DNA of 63,901 nt, counting the filler, from an uncultured Methanosarcinales archaeon (GTDB lineage Archaea > Nanobdellota > Nanobdellia > Woesearchaeales > CAYSVS01): assembly GCA_964434475.1 (NCBI GenBank). It is 3 parts of 3 records of this genome, joined end to end, with 100 filler letters (N's around TTAATTAATTAA, not from the genome) between each part and the next. Parts side by side here need not be neighbours in the genome. Positions count along the whole stretch, not along the records: positions 24,286 to 47,083 come from CAYSVS010000018.1; positions 47,184 to 63,901 come from CAYSVS010000024.1; 1 more part is not named here. One strand, written 5' to 3'. The translations under genes and the position numbers were made by a program. Positions 46,450-56,492 of the stretch are shown here, in pieces. The notes below the pieces were generated by a model. It saw only the letters and a program-made list of their open reading frames with translations. It was not told the DNA's origin and ran no database searches. The first letter of the stretch is position 1. Every line of letters starts with the position of its first letter.

Positions 46450-46950
46450 ATGGGCAAGGGAGAAACTTTGGAAAAAGTAGTTGAAAATAATAAAAGTATT
46501 TTAAAAAAAAGCAAAGATTGCTTAGTAGATTGCTTTGGAAAAACATACTGGAACTCTTTAGGATATCTGCTAGGAATCAAAGCAGCAGATTTTCTACAAA
46601 CAACATATTATTGCAGTAAAATGGGAACAAGAGCAGAGAGTGTAGATTTTGCAAAAAGCTTAATGGATAATTACGGTATAATAGGCGGTCAATTGATACA
46701 CGAATCATTATTTTGGTTCGCATTTTTGCCATTAAGCATGACTGCAAATAAGATAGGAAAATACACAAAGATAAACAAAGGGTTAAGTTATTTAGCGACA
46801 AAAACTTCAGATAAAATGCATGAGATCGCTCCAAATTATATAAAGAAAAAAGAAAGAAATCTTGACTTGGGAAGCGTATTAGCAGGAGTTTATATTGCAG
46901 CAGGCACTGCAGTAATATTATCCAATTACTTTATAGTTTCAAAATTATAA
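46450..46950 (+). CDS. Membrane protein (DUF5658-like)
   Basis: ADFLQTTYY..KMG..AE pattern, TM helices; similar to 35353-35766. Confidence 0.55.
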   Translation: MGKGETLEKVVENNKSILKKSKDCLVDCFGKTYWNSLGYLLGIKAADFLQTTYYCSKMGTRAESVDFAKSLMDNYGIIGGQLIHESLFWFAFLPLSMTANKIGKYTKINKGLSYLATKTSDKMHEIAPNYIKKKERNLDLGSVLAGVYIAAGTAVILSNYFIVSKL

Positions 46951-47032
46951 TTATTATTTCTGATCGCTTTTCCATTTTACCCAGTTTTTCAGCTTAAAAC
47001 CTACCTTTGTATAATCTGTATCACTCCTTGAA

Positions 47033-47083
47033 GGGAACTTTGCAAAATTAGCAAAAACGTAAACTCTATATATCTACTTGATA
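47033..47083 (+). mobile_element. Opposite terminus (putative left end) of the IS5-like element
   Basis: GGGAACTTTGCAAAATT matches GAGAACTTTGCATAATT at 15/17 positions; followed by a TATA-like sequence and the assembly break. Confidence 0.7.
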
Positions 47084-47183
47084 NNNNNNNNNNNNNNNNN
47101 NNNNNNNNNNNNNNNNNNNNNNNNNNNTTAATTAATTAANNNNNNNNNNNNNNNNNNNNNNNNNNNNNNNNNNNNNNNNNNNN
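47084..47183. other. Artificial assembly spacer
   Basis: 100 nt of N containing TTAATTAATTAA. Confidence 0.98.
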
Positions 47184-47231
47184 GCAATTAATCTAAAAAG
47201 CTAAGCTAAACAGCAATTATGCAAAGTTCTC
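47184..47231 (+). mobile_element. Terminus (putative right end) of the IS5-like element
   Basis: Identical in reverse complement to 24135-24182; ends AATTATGCAAAGTTCTC. Confidence 0.75.
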
Positions 47232-49392
47232 TAAACAATTTATCTTTATCATTTGTTACATATAAAGTAAATTGCATCGAGTTTTTTGTAAAGCCATCAT
47301 CTCCTATTATTTCAACTTTAAGTCTATATCTTCCTTCCTCTGTTGTATCTGGAATGTTTAGACCTATATTTTCACTCCATGCTTTATCTTCTATCTCATC
47401 TATATACTCAGATGCGCTTATGCCTAATTCTGGAACGCTTACTTTTACTTTGATATTTTTTTGTGTCTTATCGCTGTCGTGCTCAATAAGAAATTTCTGT
47501 AATATTATCTTTCCTGGTTCAACTACATTGCTTGGATATATTTCTGGAATAAGAATTTTAAAATTTACTTTTGATTCTTCTTCATTATGTTCACATATGC
47601 TTGGTTTATCTCCTTTGATTGCATCACATACTGCTTTTTTCACCGCTGAATATGTCTTAGCTCCAGTATATTCTTCTCCGTTGATTAATAAGGTTGGGCT
47701 TTTTGCTACATCGTATATTTCCATCATATCAATGTCGTAGTTGAACTTATGTGTGATTATCTTTTTTATGTCCATAATCATATTATTCCATAAGTCTATC
47801 TCTTTTTCTGTTATGAAATCTCCAAACTCTTGTTCTATGTTTTCTGCAAAGCATTGCTTTATTTCAGTATCTGTACTATAATCATCAACGCAATCTAAAG
47901 AGAATTTAATAAGCGCTTCTTTTTCATCTCCTAGTTCATCTAGGCATTGGTCAAATTCGCTGTATGTGTTTGCATCCATTAAACATTTAAAATCCTTGTC
48001 TTCCATAATCTCAAAATAATCCCCTGTATCTCCTACAGTATAGAAAAATGCCTGTAATGCGTTTGTCAGAACTTCTAATTTTCCGTGCATTGCGTAGTAG
48101 TCTGCAAAGCTTTCATTACTGCTTTGAGATAGATTCTGCATAAATATAGGAGAATATGTTATATATTCCTCAAAATCTTCATATATCTTTCCAAGCTCTG
48201 GTTCAAGTTGTATACTATAAGGACATTTGGACCTCTTGAAGAACATTAGCTCTACTTTGTCCTCTACCTTTATATTATAGGTTAAATCTTGATTCTTTTC
48301 CCCTTCAAATTCTAACTTTAAAATATATTGGTCCTCGTCAGAAAGCAGTTCAATATCACCTACTATCATAGGTATAGGGCCTTCATCATTAATGTTAATT
48401 GTCCATGCTTCTAAAACAGTTCCATATATTTTTGACATCAATTTATATGATATTTTGTCTATATCATAATTAGTATTAAAATACAATTTATACTTGTTCT
48501 TGTCAGAATTTTTGTTTAATATGATGTTTTTTCCTTTTGCTAGCTTTCCGTTGATCATCAACATATGGCTGAATACCTTTTCTATATCGCTTTCTTCTTT
48601 TTGGTAGACTATCATCTGGCCATTTTCCTGTTTTTGGATATATGCCTTGTTGCTAGTATAGTTTTCAAACATATTGGATAATGCATTTACAGCAATTTTC
48701 AATATATCATCACTTCCTCCAATTATCAATAATTGCTTGTAACCATTGTTTTCAATCAATTCTATATATGCTTCATTTTCCTCTAATTTAGGATATGAAT
48801 TAAGAAACTGCTTAAACATACTGTTGCTTTCTGCTGTTCCTATTATAATCAGATTCTGCTCGCTGTAAGGATAACCTATCTCTGATTCAAGCTTAGCAGC
48901 TGGAACGTTTAGGTCAATCAATTTAGTCATTGAGAATTCAACAATTTCTGCATTGACATTAGCTTCATTATCTGGTATGCTTTTTATCTCAATCTGAATA
49001 TTGTTGCCTAATGTTTCAATATCTCCCTCTTTTAAGGAGCTTGTAGTTAAACCATTAATCATAAGCATTGTTTCTTTAGAATCGTGTGAATCAGAAACAA
49101 TGATACATTCTACAGTATATTCTTTTTCGAAAAATATATATGTTTTGATTTCTCCTTCTTGGATAGTATCTTTAAAATTTCCTTTATTGGAAAAGTAATA
49201 TTGCAGATCTGTCAAAAGATCAACAGCAGCTATAACATGCTCTGCTGGAGCATTGTCTCCAACAACAACCTTTGCGTTAAAATTATCATCAAGAAACATC
49301 TCTGGATAATCTGATAGGTCTGCTGCGACTGCACAGCTCATCAATGCAAAAAAAATAGTGATAGTGATCAGTGTTTTCATAAGTTTCTTCAT
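47206..49392 (-). CDS. S-layer-domain surface protein with thioredoxin-like and Ig-like domains, 3'-truncated by the IS
   Basis: Signal peptide then ADLSDYPEMF....VVVG.NAPA.HV.AA.D (S-layer N-domain); FF..SKCPY and SPTL.ING..Y.G; the last residues RELCIIAV* are encoded by the IS end. Confidence 0.7.
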   Translation of the reverse strand: MKKLMKTLITITIFFALMSCAVAADLSDYPEMFLDDNFNAKVVVGDNAPAEHVIAAVDLLTDLQYYFSNKGNFKDTIQEGEIKTYIFFEKEYTVECIIVSDSHDSKETMLMINGLTTSSLKEGDIETLGNNIQIEIKSIPDNEANVNAEIVEFSMTKLIDLNVPAAKLESEIGYPYSEQNLIIIGTAESNSMFKQFLNSYPKLEENEAYIELIENNGYKQLLIIGGSDDILKIAVNALSNMFENYTSNKAYIQKQENGQMIVYQKEESDIEKVFSHMLMINGKLAKGKNIILNKNSDKNKYKLYFNTNYDIDKISYKLMSKIYGTVLEAWTININDEGPIPMIVGDIELLSDEDQYILKLEFEGEKNQDLTYNIKVEDKVELMFFKRSKCPYSIQLEPELGKIYEDFEEYITYSPIFMQNLSQSSNESFADYYAMHGKLEVLTNALQAFFYTVGDTGDYFEIMEDKDFKCLMDANTYSEFDQCLDELGDEKEALIKFSLDCVDDYSTDTEIKQCFAENIEQEFGDFITEKEIDLWNNMIMDIKKIITHKFNYDIDMMEIYDVAKSPTLLINGEEYTGAKTYSAVKKAVCDAIKGDKPSICEHNEEESKVNFKILIPEIYPSNVVEPGKIILQKFLIEHDSDKTQKNIKVKVSVPELGISASEYIDEIEDKAWSENIGLNIPDTTEEGRYRLKVEIIGDDGFTKNSMQFTLYVTNDKDKLFRELCIIAV

Positions 49393-49531
49393 TTTTATAG
49401 CCACCTTTGAGATTGTTATCACTGTAAAGTAAAGTTTATTTATAAATCTAATTGTTATTTTATGTTTTTTCTTGATTTTTGTCTATTTATAAATGAAAAA
49501 AATTATAAACAGAGCCATAATTCTTTATTAT

Positions 49532-50644
49532 ATGGACGAAAGAGCAAAAAAACTAGCAAAGATAGTAATTGAATATTCAACATTGGTCAAAGAAGGAGAT
49601 ATGGTAAGGATAACCGGAGAAGAGATTGCTAAAGAATTTGCATATGAGATAGCAAGGTTAGCAGTTGACAAAGGAGCTTATCCTATAGTTAATATTAAGA
49701 ATCCTGAGTTTTCCAGATATTTTCTTAAGAACAGTAATGATCAACAATTGATCAGACTTCCTAACTATCTGCTTGAATGTGCAGAAGAAGTAGATGTTAA
49801 TATATCTATAGCAGCAAATTTTGATCCTAAATATCTTGAAGATGTTGATTCTCATAGTCTTGCTTTAAGGCAAAAAGCGAATAAGCCATTTAAGGATAGG
49901 ATTGTTGGAGATGGCAAGGATTTTCCAGGCAAAAGATGGACTGTTGTTGGTTTTCCTACTGAAGGCGATGCAGGAGCTGCTGGAATGGGCTTTGAAGAAT
50001 ATAAGGATATTGTGTTCAATGCAACAAATATAGATTGGTCAAAAACAAGAGCAAAGATGAATGAGGTAAAAAGAATATTTGACAATGCTGAAGAAGTGCA
50101 TATTAAAGTTCCAGGAAAAACAGATCTAAAATTTACCCTTAAAGGAAGAGGAGGCGAAATATGCGACGGAAAGATGAACATGCCTGACGGTGAAGTATAT
50201 TATGGTCCTGTAGAGGACAGCTTAAACGGCTATATTACATTCATACATCCTGCTATACGCGGAGGAAACGAAGTAAAATGCATAAGACTGGAGTTTAAGG
50301 ATGGAAAAATAGTCAAAGCAGAAGCAGAAGAGAATGAACAATTCCTTAAATCCATGCTTGAGCTTAAAGGAGCCAGAAGGATAGGCGAATTCGGTATAGG
50401 TTGCAATTATGGCATAAAAAGATACATGAAAAATTTGCTGTTTGATGAAAAGATAGGCGGCACGATACATCTAGCTATTGGAGATTCATATAAACGCGAT
50501 CTTGATGATGGAGGAGGTTTGAATAATTCCGAAATACATTGGGATATTGTTTGTGATTTGAGAAAAACAGAGAAAAATCCTGAAGGTGGCGAGATGTATG
50601 TTAACGGTAAGCTTGTGCAGAAAGACGGCGAATGGTGTTTTTGA
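49532..50644 (+). CDS. Aminopeptidase, M29 (AmpS/PepS/aminopeptidase T) family
   Basis: NMPDGEVY.GP, IGEFGIG.N, LFDEKIGGTIHLAIG.SY, S.IHWD. Confidence 0.93.
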   Translation: MDERAKKLAKIVIEYSTLVKEGDMVRITGEEIAKEFAYEIARLAVDKGAYPIVNIKNPEFSRYFLKNSNDQQLIRLPNYLLECAEEVDVNISIAANFDPKYLEDVDSHSLALRQKANKPFKDRIVGDGKDFPGKRWTVVGFPTEGDAGAAGMGFEEYKDIVFNATNIDWSKTRAKMNEVKRIFDNAEEVHIKVPGKTDLKFTLKGRGGEICDGKMNMPDGEVYYGPVEDSLNGYITFIHPAIRGGNEVKCIRLEFKDGKIVKAEAEENEQFLKSMLELKGARRIGEFGIGCNYGIKRYMKNLLFDEKIGGTIHLAIGDSYKRDLDDGGGLNNSEIHWDIVCDLRKTEKNPEGGEMYVNGKLVQKDGEWCF

Positions 50645-50746
50645 ATTATTTTTCATTCATAAAATAAGTTTAATACTTCTGGAGTTAATATGAATCCATA
50701 ACTTTTAAATAATACTTCTAATATTTTCATTGCTGGGTGGTTAATC

Positions 50747-51799
50747 ATGGTAAAAAAATTATTGATCATAGCTATTATGATATTACTTGTAGTGTCTGCT
50801 GTCAATGCTTCGATGCTTGAATTTTATAAAATTGATGCTCAGGTTAATGGAAAAGATAGATCAGATGTTGATAAAAATGGTGGAAGTCTTGAAAATCTAA
50901 GGCCAGGAGATGTTTTAGATATTGAAGTAAGGCTTAAGAATGCTTATACCAGCGGTGATGATATTGATATAAATGATGTTGAGATTACTGCAATATTAGA
51001 AAGTATAGATGACGGAAGCGATATAGAGAAAGAGGATTCAACTTCTAGGATAAAGCCAAGAGACAAGAAAACCTTTGATTTTCAGTTCCAGATTCCTTAT
51101 GAAGTAGAAGAAAGCACTTTTACACTTACTATAGAAGCAAGAGGAGATGATGATAATACTTCAGAAGAGCATACTGTTGAGGAAACAATAGATATTGAGA
51201 TAGAAAAACTTGTGCATGAACTTATCTTCAGGAAGATAGATTATAGCAATACTGAAATATGTACGGGTTCAATATTAGTAGATGTTGATATTATGAATAT
51301 AGGTGAAAATGACGAAGAAGATATTGAGCTTACCTTAAAAAACAGTAATCTTAATCTTAACGAGAAAGAAACATTTACACTAGATTATGACCCTTTTGAC
51401 GGAGATAATAGGGTTAGAAAATATTTTACTATCAATATTCCTGAAAATACTGAAAATGGATATTATCCTGTGTTAATAGAAGCAAAATATGGAAGCTATT
51501 CATTATCAAATTCAACAATATTGACCATAAAATGCGAAGAACAAGAGATATCAGAAGATAAAACTACAGAAGAGATAGAGACTAAGGAGGATGACCAGAA
51601 TACTCAACAGAATATTCAGAATAATCAACAAACTCAGGAAGTTCAAAGTAATCTACCTCCAACAAAGCTTGTGAATAAGCCAGCATCATCAGATGTTGTT
51701 TCAATTGGAAATGATTATGGTTTTATAGCTATGATCGTGATTATACAGTTGTTGCTTGTTGCATTGGTCGTATTTGTGATAATCAAGCTTAAGAAATAA
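50747..51799 (+). CDS. Secreted Ig-fold (S-layer/CARDB-like) protein with C-terminal TM anchor
   Basis: Signal peptide, acidic beta-rich domains, Gln/Glu linker, C-terminal TM followed by KLKK. Confidence 0.7.
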   Translation: MVKKLLIIAIMILLVVSAVNASMLEFYKIDAQVNGKDRSDVDKNGGSLENLRPGDVLDIEVRLKNAYTSGDDIDINDVEITAILESIDDGSDIEKEDSTSRIKPRDKKTFDFQFQIPYEVEESTFTLTIEARGDDDNTSEEHTVEETIDIEIEKLVHELIFRKIDYSNTEICTGSILVDVDIMNIGENDEEDIELTLKNSNLNLNEKETFTLDYDPFDGDNRVRKYFTINIPENTENGYYPVLIEAKYGSYSLSNSTILTIKCEEQEISEDKTTEEIETKEDDQNTQQNIQNNQQTQEVQSNLPPTKLVNKPASSDVVSIGNDYGFIAMIVIIQLLLVALVVFVIIKLKK

Positions 51800-51826
51800 G
51801 TCTTTATTTTTTTATACTTTTAATAC

Positions 51827-51915
51827 TCAGTCTCATAAAAATCAGAGATTTTTAGGATACAAAAAATATTTTAATATTTTTTCGTGTATTGACTGATTGT
51901 CATGAACTTTTGACA
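51827..51915. repeat. Nested inverted-repeat (multi-hairpin) intergenic element
   Basis: Outer stem TCAGTC/GACTGA enclosing TAAAAATC-AGA-GATTTTTA and AAAAAATATT-TT-AATATTTTTT hairpins; adjacent TGTCA...TGACA hairpin. Confidence 0.55.
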
Positions 51916-52058
51916 TTAATTCTTTATTTAAATAACTCTTGTTGTTTATTTTGTTACCCATCAGTGCTAAAAATACATAAGCTTTATATATTTTTATCAT
52001 TTTACATATAATAATTTTGCTATAAAAGAGGTTCTTAGATAATCTTGGGAGGGATTAA

Positions 52059-52820
52059 ATGATGATTATAGAGAAAGAATTCATTGAATCGATAAAAGAC
52101 AATTTTGACTTGAACATATATGAAGTGAAAATCTGGACAGCTTTGCTGTCAAGAGGCGTAGCAGCAGCAGGAGATTTGTCAGAGATAAGTAATGTTCCAC
52201 GAAGCAGGGCTTATGATGTTCTTGAAAGCTTAGAAAGAAAAGGATTCATCATAATGAAGGTCGGCAGACCAGTAAAATATATCGCGGTTCCTCCTGAAGA
52301 AGTTGTAAAAAGATTGAAGAAAAAGGTTCATAAGGATAAATCCTTTAAGATTAATCAGGTAGATAAACTAAAAGATACTAATGTATTCAATGAATTAGAA
52401 GCATTGCATTCTCAAGGCATAGAGAAAGTAGATGCTGCTGAACTTACAGGCAGTATACATGGAAGAAGCAACGTTTATAATTTTATAAAGTCAGCTATAG
52501 ACAATGCTAAAAAATCTATAATTATGGCTTCTGGCAAAGAAGGCTTGATTAGAAAGCATAATTTCATGAGAACAAATATCACAAGAGCATTAAAAAGAGG
52601 AGTAAAGATAAATGTTATTTCAGATACTAATGATATTCCTGATGAACTTAGGAAAGGCGATTTCAAGAAGATTGATCATGACGCAAGGTTCGTACTTGTG
52701 GATGACAATGTATTGGTATTTATGCTTATGAAGGATGAGAAGAACTTACATCCAAGTTATGATTCAGCTGTATGGGTAAAATCGCCTTATTTTATCAAGA
52801 CTATGAAAAGCTTGATCTAG
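52059..52820 (+). CDS. TrmB family transcriptional regulator
   Basis: LNIYEVKIWTALL, SNVPRSRAYDVLESLERKGF, GRP.KY.AVPP. Confidence 0.92.
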   Translation: MMIIEKEFIESIKDNFDLNIYEVKIWTALLSRGVAAAGDLSEISNVPRSRAYDVLESLERKGFIIMKVGRPVKYIAVPPEEVVKRLKKKVHKDKSFKINQVDKLKDTNVFNELEALHSQGIEKVDAAELTGSIHGRSNVYNFIKSAIDNAKKSIIMASGKEGLIRKHNFMRTNITRALKRGVKINVISDTNDIPDELRKGDFKKIDHDARFVLVDDNVLVFMLMKDEKNLHPSYDSAVWVKSPYFIKTMKSLI

Positions 52821-52920
52821 ATATTTATCCTTATTATGTATTTGTTTTATTTGTATTTCTAATTTTAATACTATTTGTTGACATATAACGCTTATATATG
52901 AAAAGAGATGTAAATATATC

Positions 52921-53131
52921 ATGACAAACAGATGGAAAATAATATCAGAAGAAAAGAGATTATTAAAGAGATAATAGGTTTTTTCGAAAAATCGCTGCAG
53001 AGAATTTATTGGATTATTTCTTGCAGATACTTGAAATAAATATTTATAATAAAGGTGTTGAAGATACAAAAGATTTTTTAAAAGAACGCATTGAAATATT
53101 GGAATCTGACATAGAATCTTTAAGAAAATGA
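52921..53131 (+). pseudogene. DUF2164 family pseudogene
   Basis: Fragments in three frames: MTNRWKIISEEKR / IKEIIGFFE / IAAENLLDYFLQILEINIYNKGVEDTKDFLKERIEILESDIESLRK*. Confidence 0.65.
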
Positions 53132-53151
53132 TTAGTGTTATAAGACATCTA

Positions 53152-53167
53152 CCGAAAGATTTATATA
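53152..53167 (+). promoter_or_regulatory. Putative BRE/TATA promoter of psmB-aCPSF1
   Basis: CCGAAAGATTTATATA about 60 nt upstream of psmB. Confidence 0.55.
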
Positions 53168-53226
53168 TGAACTCTCAATAGAAACATTATAATTCTTAAT
53201 AAGAATTCTGAGAGGTTAGATGAAAC

Positions 53227-53862
53227 ATGACAAACGAACAATTAAAAACTGGTACAACCACAATAGGATTAGTTGCAAAAGACGGTATTGTCCTTGCTGC
53301 TGATATGAGAGCTACAGCAGGCAATCTTATAGTCAATAGAAGGACAGATAAGATATTTTCTATTTCAGACAATATGGCTATAACTATGGCAGGAACAGTG
53401 AGTGATGCTCAATTACTTACCAAATTGATCAAGGCAGAACTTGCTTTATTGAAAATAAGAAACCAAAGGGAACCAACAGTAAAAGAAGCAGCTAATCTGT
53501 TGTCAGGTATGGTCTATTCCAATATTAGGAAGATGTCCATGATTCCAGGAATCGCACACTTTATTGTAGGCGGAAAGGATGAAACTGGCTTCTATGTGTA
53601 TGATATATTTCCTGATGGTTCGATACAGAAGGTTACAGATTTCATAAGTTCTGGTTCAGGAAGCGTCTTTGCTTACGGTGTTCTTGAAACACAATTCAAG
53701 AAAGAAATGAGTGTTGAACAAGCTGCGAAATTGGCATTAAAATCGATAAACACATCTCTTAAGAGAGACAGCGCTTCAGGTGATGGTGTTAACATTTTCC
53801 AGATAACAAGTGAGGGAATAAAGAAATTACAACCAAAAACATTGGATTTAGAATTGAACTGA
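53227..53862 (+). CDS. psmB: Proteasome beta subunit
   Basis: Propeptide KTG/TTTIG, AADMRAT, AGTVSDAQ, SGSGS..AYGVLE, RDSASG. Confidence 0.97.
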   Translation: MTNEQLKTGTTTIGLVAKDGIVLAADMRATAGNLIVNRRTDKIFSISDNMAITMAGTVSDAQLLTKLIKAELALLKIRNQREPTVKEAANLLSGMVYSNIRKMSMIPGIAHFIVGGKDETGFYVYDIFPDGSIQKVTDFISSGSGSVFAYGVLETQFKKEMSVEQAAKLALKSINTSLKRDSASGDGVNIFQITSEGIKKLQPKTLDLELN

Positions 53863-53890
53863 TCTAAAAAATTCTAAGGAGTTGAAATAT

Positions 53891-55786
53891 ATGGCTGATA
53901 TACTAAAGGAAATATTAAATAAGATACCTAATTCAAAGAGATTAATCAGCGATGCTGTATTTGAAGGAGCAAATATAGTTTTGTATACAAAATTTAAAGA
54001 TTTCTTTTTTAATAATAAAGGTGTCATAAGAGAGATTGTGAATGAGTTCAAGAAAAGAGTAGAGTTAAGACCTGATCCTTCTATAATCATGGATGAAGCT
54101 AAGGCTGAAAAAGAGATCAAGAAATTGATACACGAGGATGCAGGAGTAGATCAGATTATTTTCGATTCTCATAGAAGTCAGGTTATAATAGAGGCTGAAA
54201 AACCCGGTGTTGCTATAGGTAAACAAGGATCAACATTAAAAGAGATAAAAGAAAGCACTTTATGGATTCCTATAATAAAAAGAAAACCAGCAATAAGAAG
54301 CAAGCTTATCGAGAACATTAGAGCTGTCCTTTACCAGCATTCAGATGAAAGAAGAAAATTTTTGCATCAGGTAGGTCATAGGATATATGACGGATGGATA
54401 AGAGAAAAGAAGCATGAATGGGTAAGATTGAGCTGTTTAGGAGGAGCAAGACAAGTAGGAAGAAGCTGTTTTTTGCTGCAAACTCCAGAATCAAGAGTAT
54501 TGCTTGACTGCGGCATAGACGTCGCAAATGAACGTGAAGCATATCCTTTTCTTGAGGCTCCTGAATTTAAGATCAATGAGCTTGATGCTGTAATAATAAG
54601 TCATAGCCATCTTGATCACAGCGGATTATTGCCTTTATTGTTTAAATACGGCTACAATGGTCCTGTATATTGTACTTCTCCTACAAGGGATGTAATGTCT
54701 TTGCTTGCTCTTGATATGGTAAAGATAATGAGAAATGAAGGCAAAGAGCCGTTATATAGTTCTGAAGAAGTTAAAGAGATGGTAAAACATTGTATTACTT
54801 TAGATTATGAAGAAGTTACAGATATAACACCGGATGTAAGGTTAACCTTGTATAATGCAGGACATATCCTTGGTGCAAGCGTAATCCATCTGCATATAGG
54901 CAATGGATTGCATAATTTTGTATACACTGGTGATTTAAAGTTTGCAAAAACTCCATTGCTTGAAGGAGCAAACCTAAAATTTCCTAGGGTAGAAACCTTG
55001 ATGATTGAGTCAACTTATGGCGGAAAAGATAATATCTTGCCTAGTCCTAGAGAAGGTGACAGGATATTGGGTGAAATTATCAAAAATACTATAGAACGTA
55101 AAGGTAAAATACTGATGCCTGTATTAGGATCAGGTAGAGCGCAGGATGTCATAGTCATGGTTGAAAGCTTAATAAGGAAAGGTATAATCCCTGAGATACC
55201 TATTTACATAGATGGTATGGTATGGGATATTACAGCCATACATACTGCATATCCTGAATTCTTAAACAGAACAATAAGGACTCAGATATTTCACAAGGAT
55301 AATAATCCTTTTTTAGCGCCTTTCTTTAACCGTATAGGCAGCAAAAAAGAAAGGATGGAAGTTATTGATTTCAAGGGTCCTTGTCTTATACTTGCAACAT
55401 CAGGTATGATGGTAGGCGGACCAAGTGTCGAATACCTAAGACATTTAGCTGACAACCCTAAAAATAGTTTGATATTCAGCTGTTATCAAGGTGAAGGAAG
55501 CTTAGGTAAAAGGATAAAGAACGGACTAAGGGAATTGGTAATACAAAAAGGTGCAGGTCAAGAGATTACAGAGATAAAGATGGAAGTTCAAAAGATAGAA
55601 ATTTCAGGTCATTCTGATAGGAAAGAACTGATGAACTATGCTTTCAGATGCAATCCTAGACCAAAAAAAGTCATAATTGTACACGGTGAGAATTCTAGAT
55701 GCCTTGATCTTGCAAGAAGTATACACAAGCAGAATCGGGTTGAAACAACAGCACCAAGAAATCTTGAAGCAGTAAGATTAAGGTAA
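53891..55786 (+). CDS. fttA: aCPSF1 / FttA beta-CASP ribonuclease (KH + metallo-beta-lactamase)
   Basis: KH domains (KPGVAIGKQG), LGGARQVGRS, HSHLDH, AGHILG, ESTYG, SGHSD, VHGE; conserved synteny with psmB. Confidence 0.95.
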   Translation: MADILKEILNKIPNSKRLISDAVFEGANIVLYTKFKDFFFNNKGVIREIVNEFKKRVELRPDPSIIMDEAKAEKEIKKLIHEDAGVDQIIFDSHRSQVIIEAEKPGVAIGKQGSTLKEIKESTLWIPIIKRKPAIRSKLIENIRAVLYQHSDERRKFLHQVGHRIYDGWIREKKHEWVRLSCLGGARQVGRSCFLLQTPESRVLLDCGIDVANEREAYPFLEAPEFKINELDAVIISHSHLDHSGLLPLLFKYGYNGPVYCTSPTRDVMSLLALDMVKIMRNEGKEPLYSSEEVKEMVKHCITLDYEEVTDITPDVRLTLYNAGHILGASVIHLHIGNGLHNFVYTGDLKFAKTPLLEGANLKFPRVETLMIESTYGGKDNILPSPREGDRILGEIIKNTIERKGKILMPVLGSGRAQDVIVMVESLIRKGIIPEIPIYIDGMVWDITAIHTAYPEFLNRTIRTQIFHKDNNPFLAPFFNRIGSKKERMEVIDFKGPCLILATSGMMVGGPSVEYLRHLADNPKNSLIFSCYQGEGSLGKRIKNGLRELVIQKGAGQEITEIKMEVQKIEISGHSDRKELMNYAFRCNPRPKKVIIVHGENSRCLDLARSIHKQNRVETTAPRNLEAVRLR

Positions 55787-56401
55787 TTTTTTTTTTGCTT
55801 TTACACTTATTTTATGAGCCATATGCAGCGGCAAAGGCAGTTTGTTTCCTGTGCATGTATGCTCTATAATTTCTAATGTTCTTCTTATACTTATCTTATG
55901 TCCAGGTGAAACAAAGATAGGTTTAGCTTTTTCTTTTGTGTTTATCATATGTGCTCTTAATTCATTATTTACATATATTTTGTTATTTTTTATATCTCCT
56001 AACAATAATCTTTTTGCTACACCTATTGTTGGAGTATCTAACAATAGTCCTATATGGCTTGCCAATCCTATCTTTCTTGGATGCAGTATACCGTTCCCAT
56101 CCAACATAATAAGATCAGGCTTATTCTGGAGTTTGTTGAAAGCTTCAACTATTACTTCAGCTTCTCTATAACTCAAAAAACCAGGAATATAAGGGATTTT
56201 CGGCTTAGATACAGCATACTTATATTCTACTTTCTCTAATGTATTATAATCAAGAATAACAATTGCAGAAATTATTTTATCTTCAGTGTATGATTGATCA
56301 ACACCAGCTATGAGTTTGATTTCATCTATCTCATTCTTTAATGATAGTTTTTTTGCTAGTCTTAACTGCTCTTTTTTCATCGCTGGTATATTGAATCTCA
56401 T
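55778..56401 (-). CDS. nfi: Endonuclease V
   Basis: AGVDQSY, PYIPGFLSYRE, DGNGILHPR.IGLASH.G, PTIGVAK, P.FVSPGH. Confidence 0.95.
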   Translation of the reverse strand: MRFNIPAMKKEQLRLAKKLSLKNEIDEIKLIAGVDQSYTEDKIISAIVILDYNTLEKVEYKYAVSKPKIPYIPGFLSYREAEVIVEAFNKLQNKPDLIMLDGNGILHPRKIGLASHIGLLLDTPTIGVAKRLLLGDIKNNKIYVNNELRAHMINTKEKAKPIFVSPGHKISIRRTLEIIEHTCTGNKLPLPLHMAHKISVKAKKKLP

Positions 56402-56492
56402 TATCACACCTATTTTTACGTTACTGGTTAGTAATTAACAATATATAAAGCTTATGGGTTATATTTAATAATATCTTTACACTGTAAACAAA

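Noticed and set aside
46950..47032. Short minus-strand frame (SRSDTDYTKVGFKLKNWVKWKSDQK*) as the lost C-terminus of the 47206-49392 gene
   Set aside because: The IS flanks do not form a matching target-site duplication and the join is an artificial spacer; it may belong to another disrupted gene.
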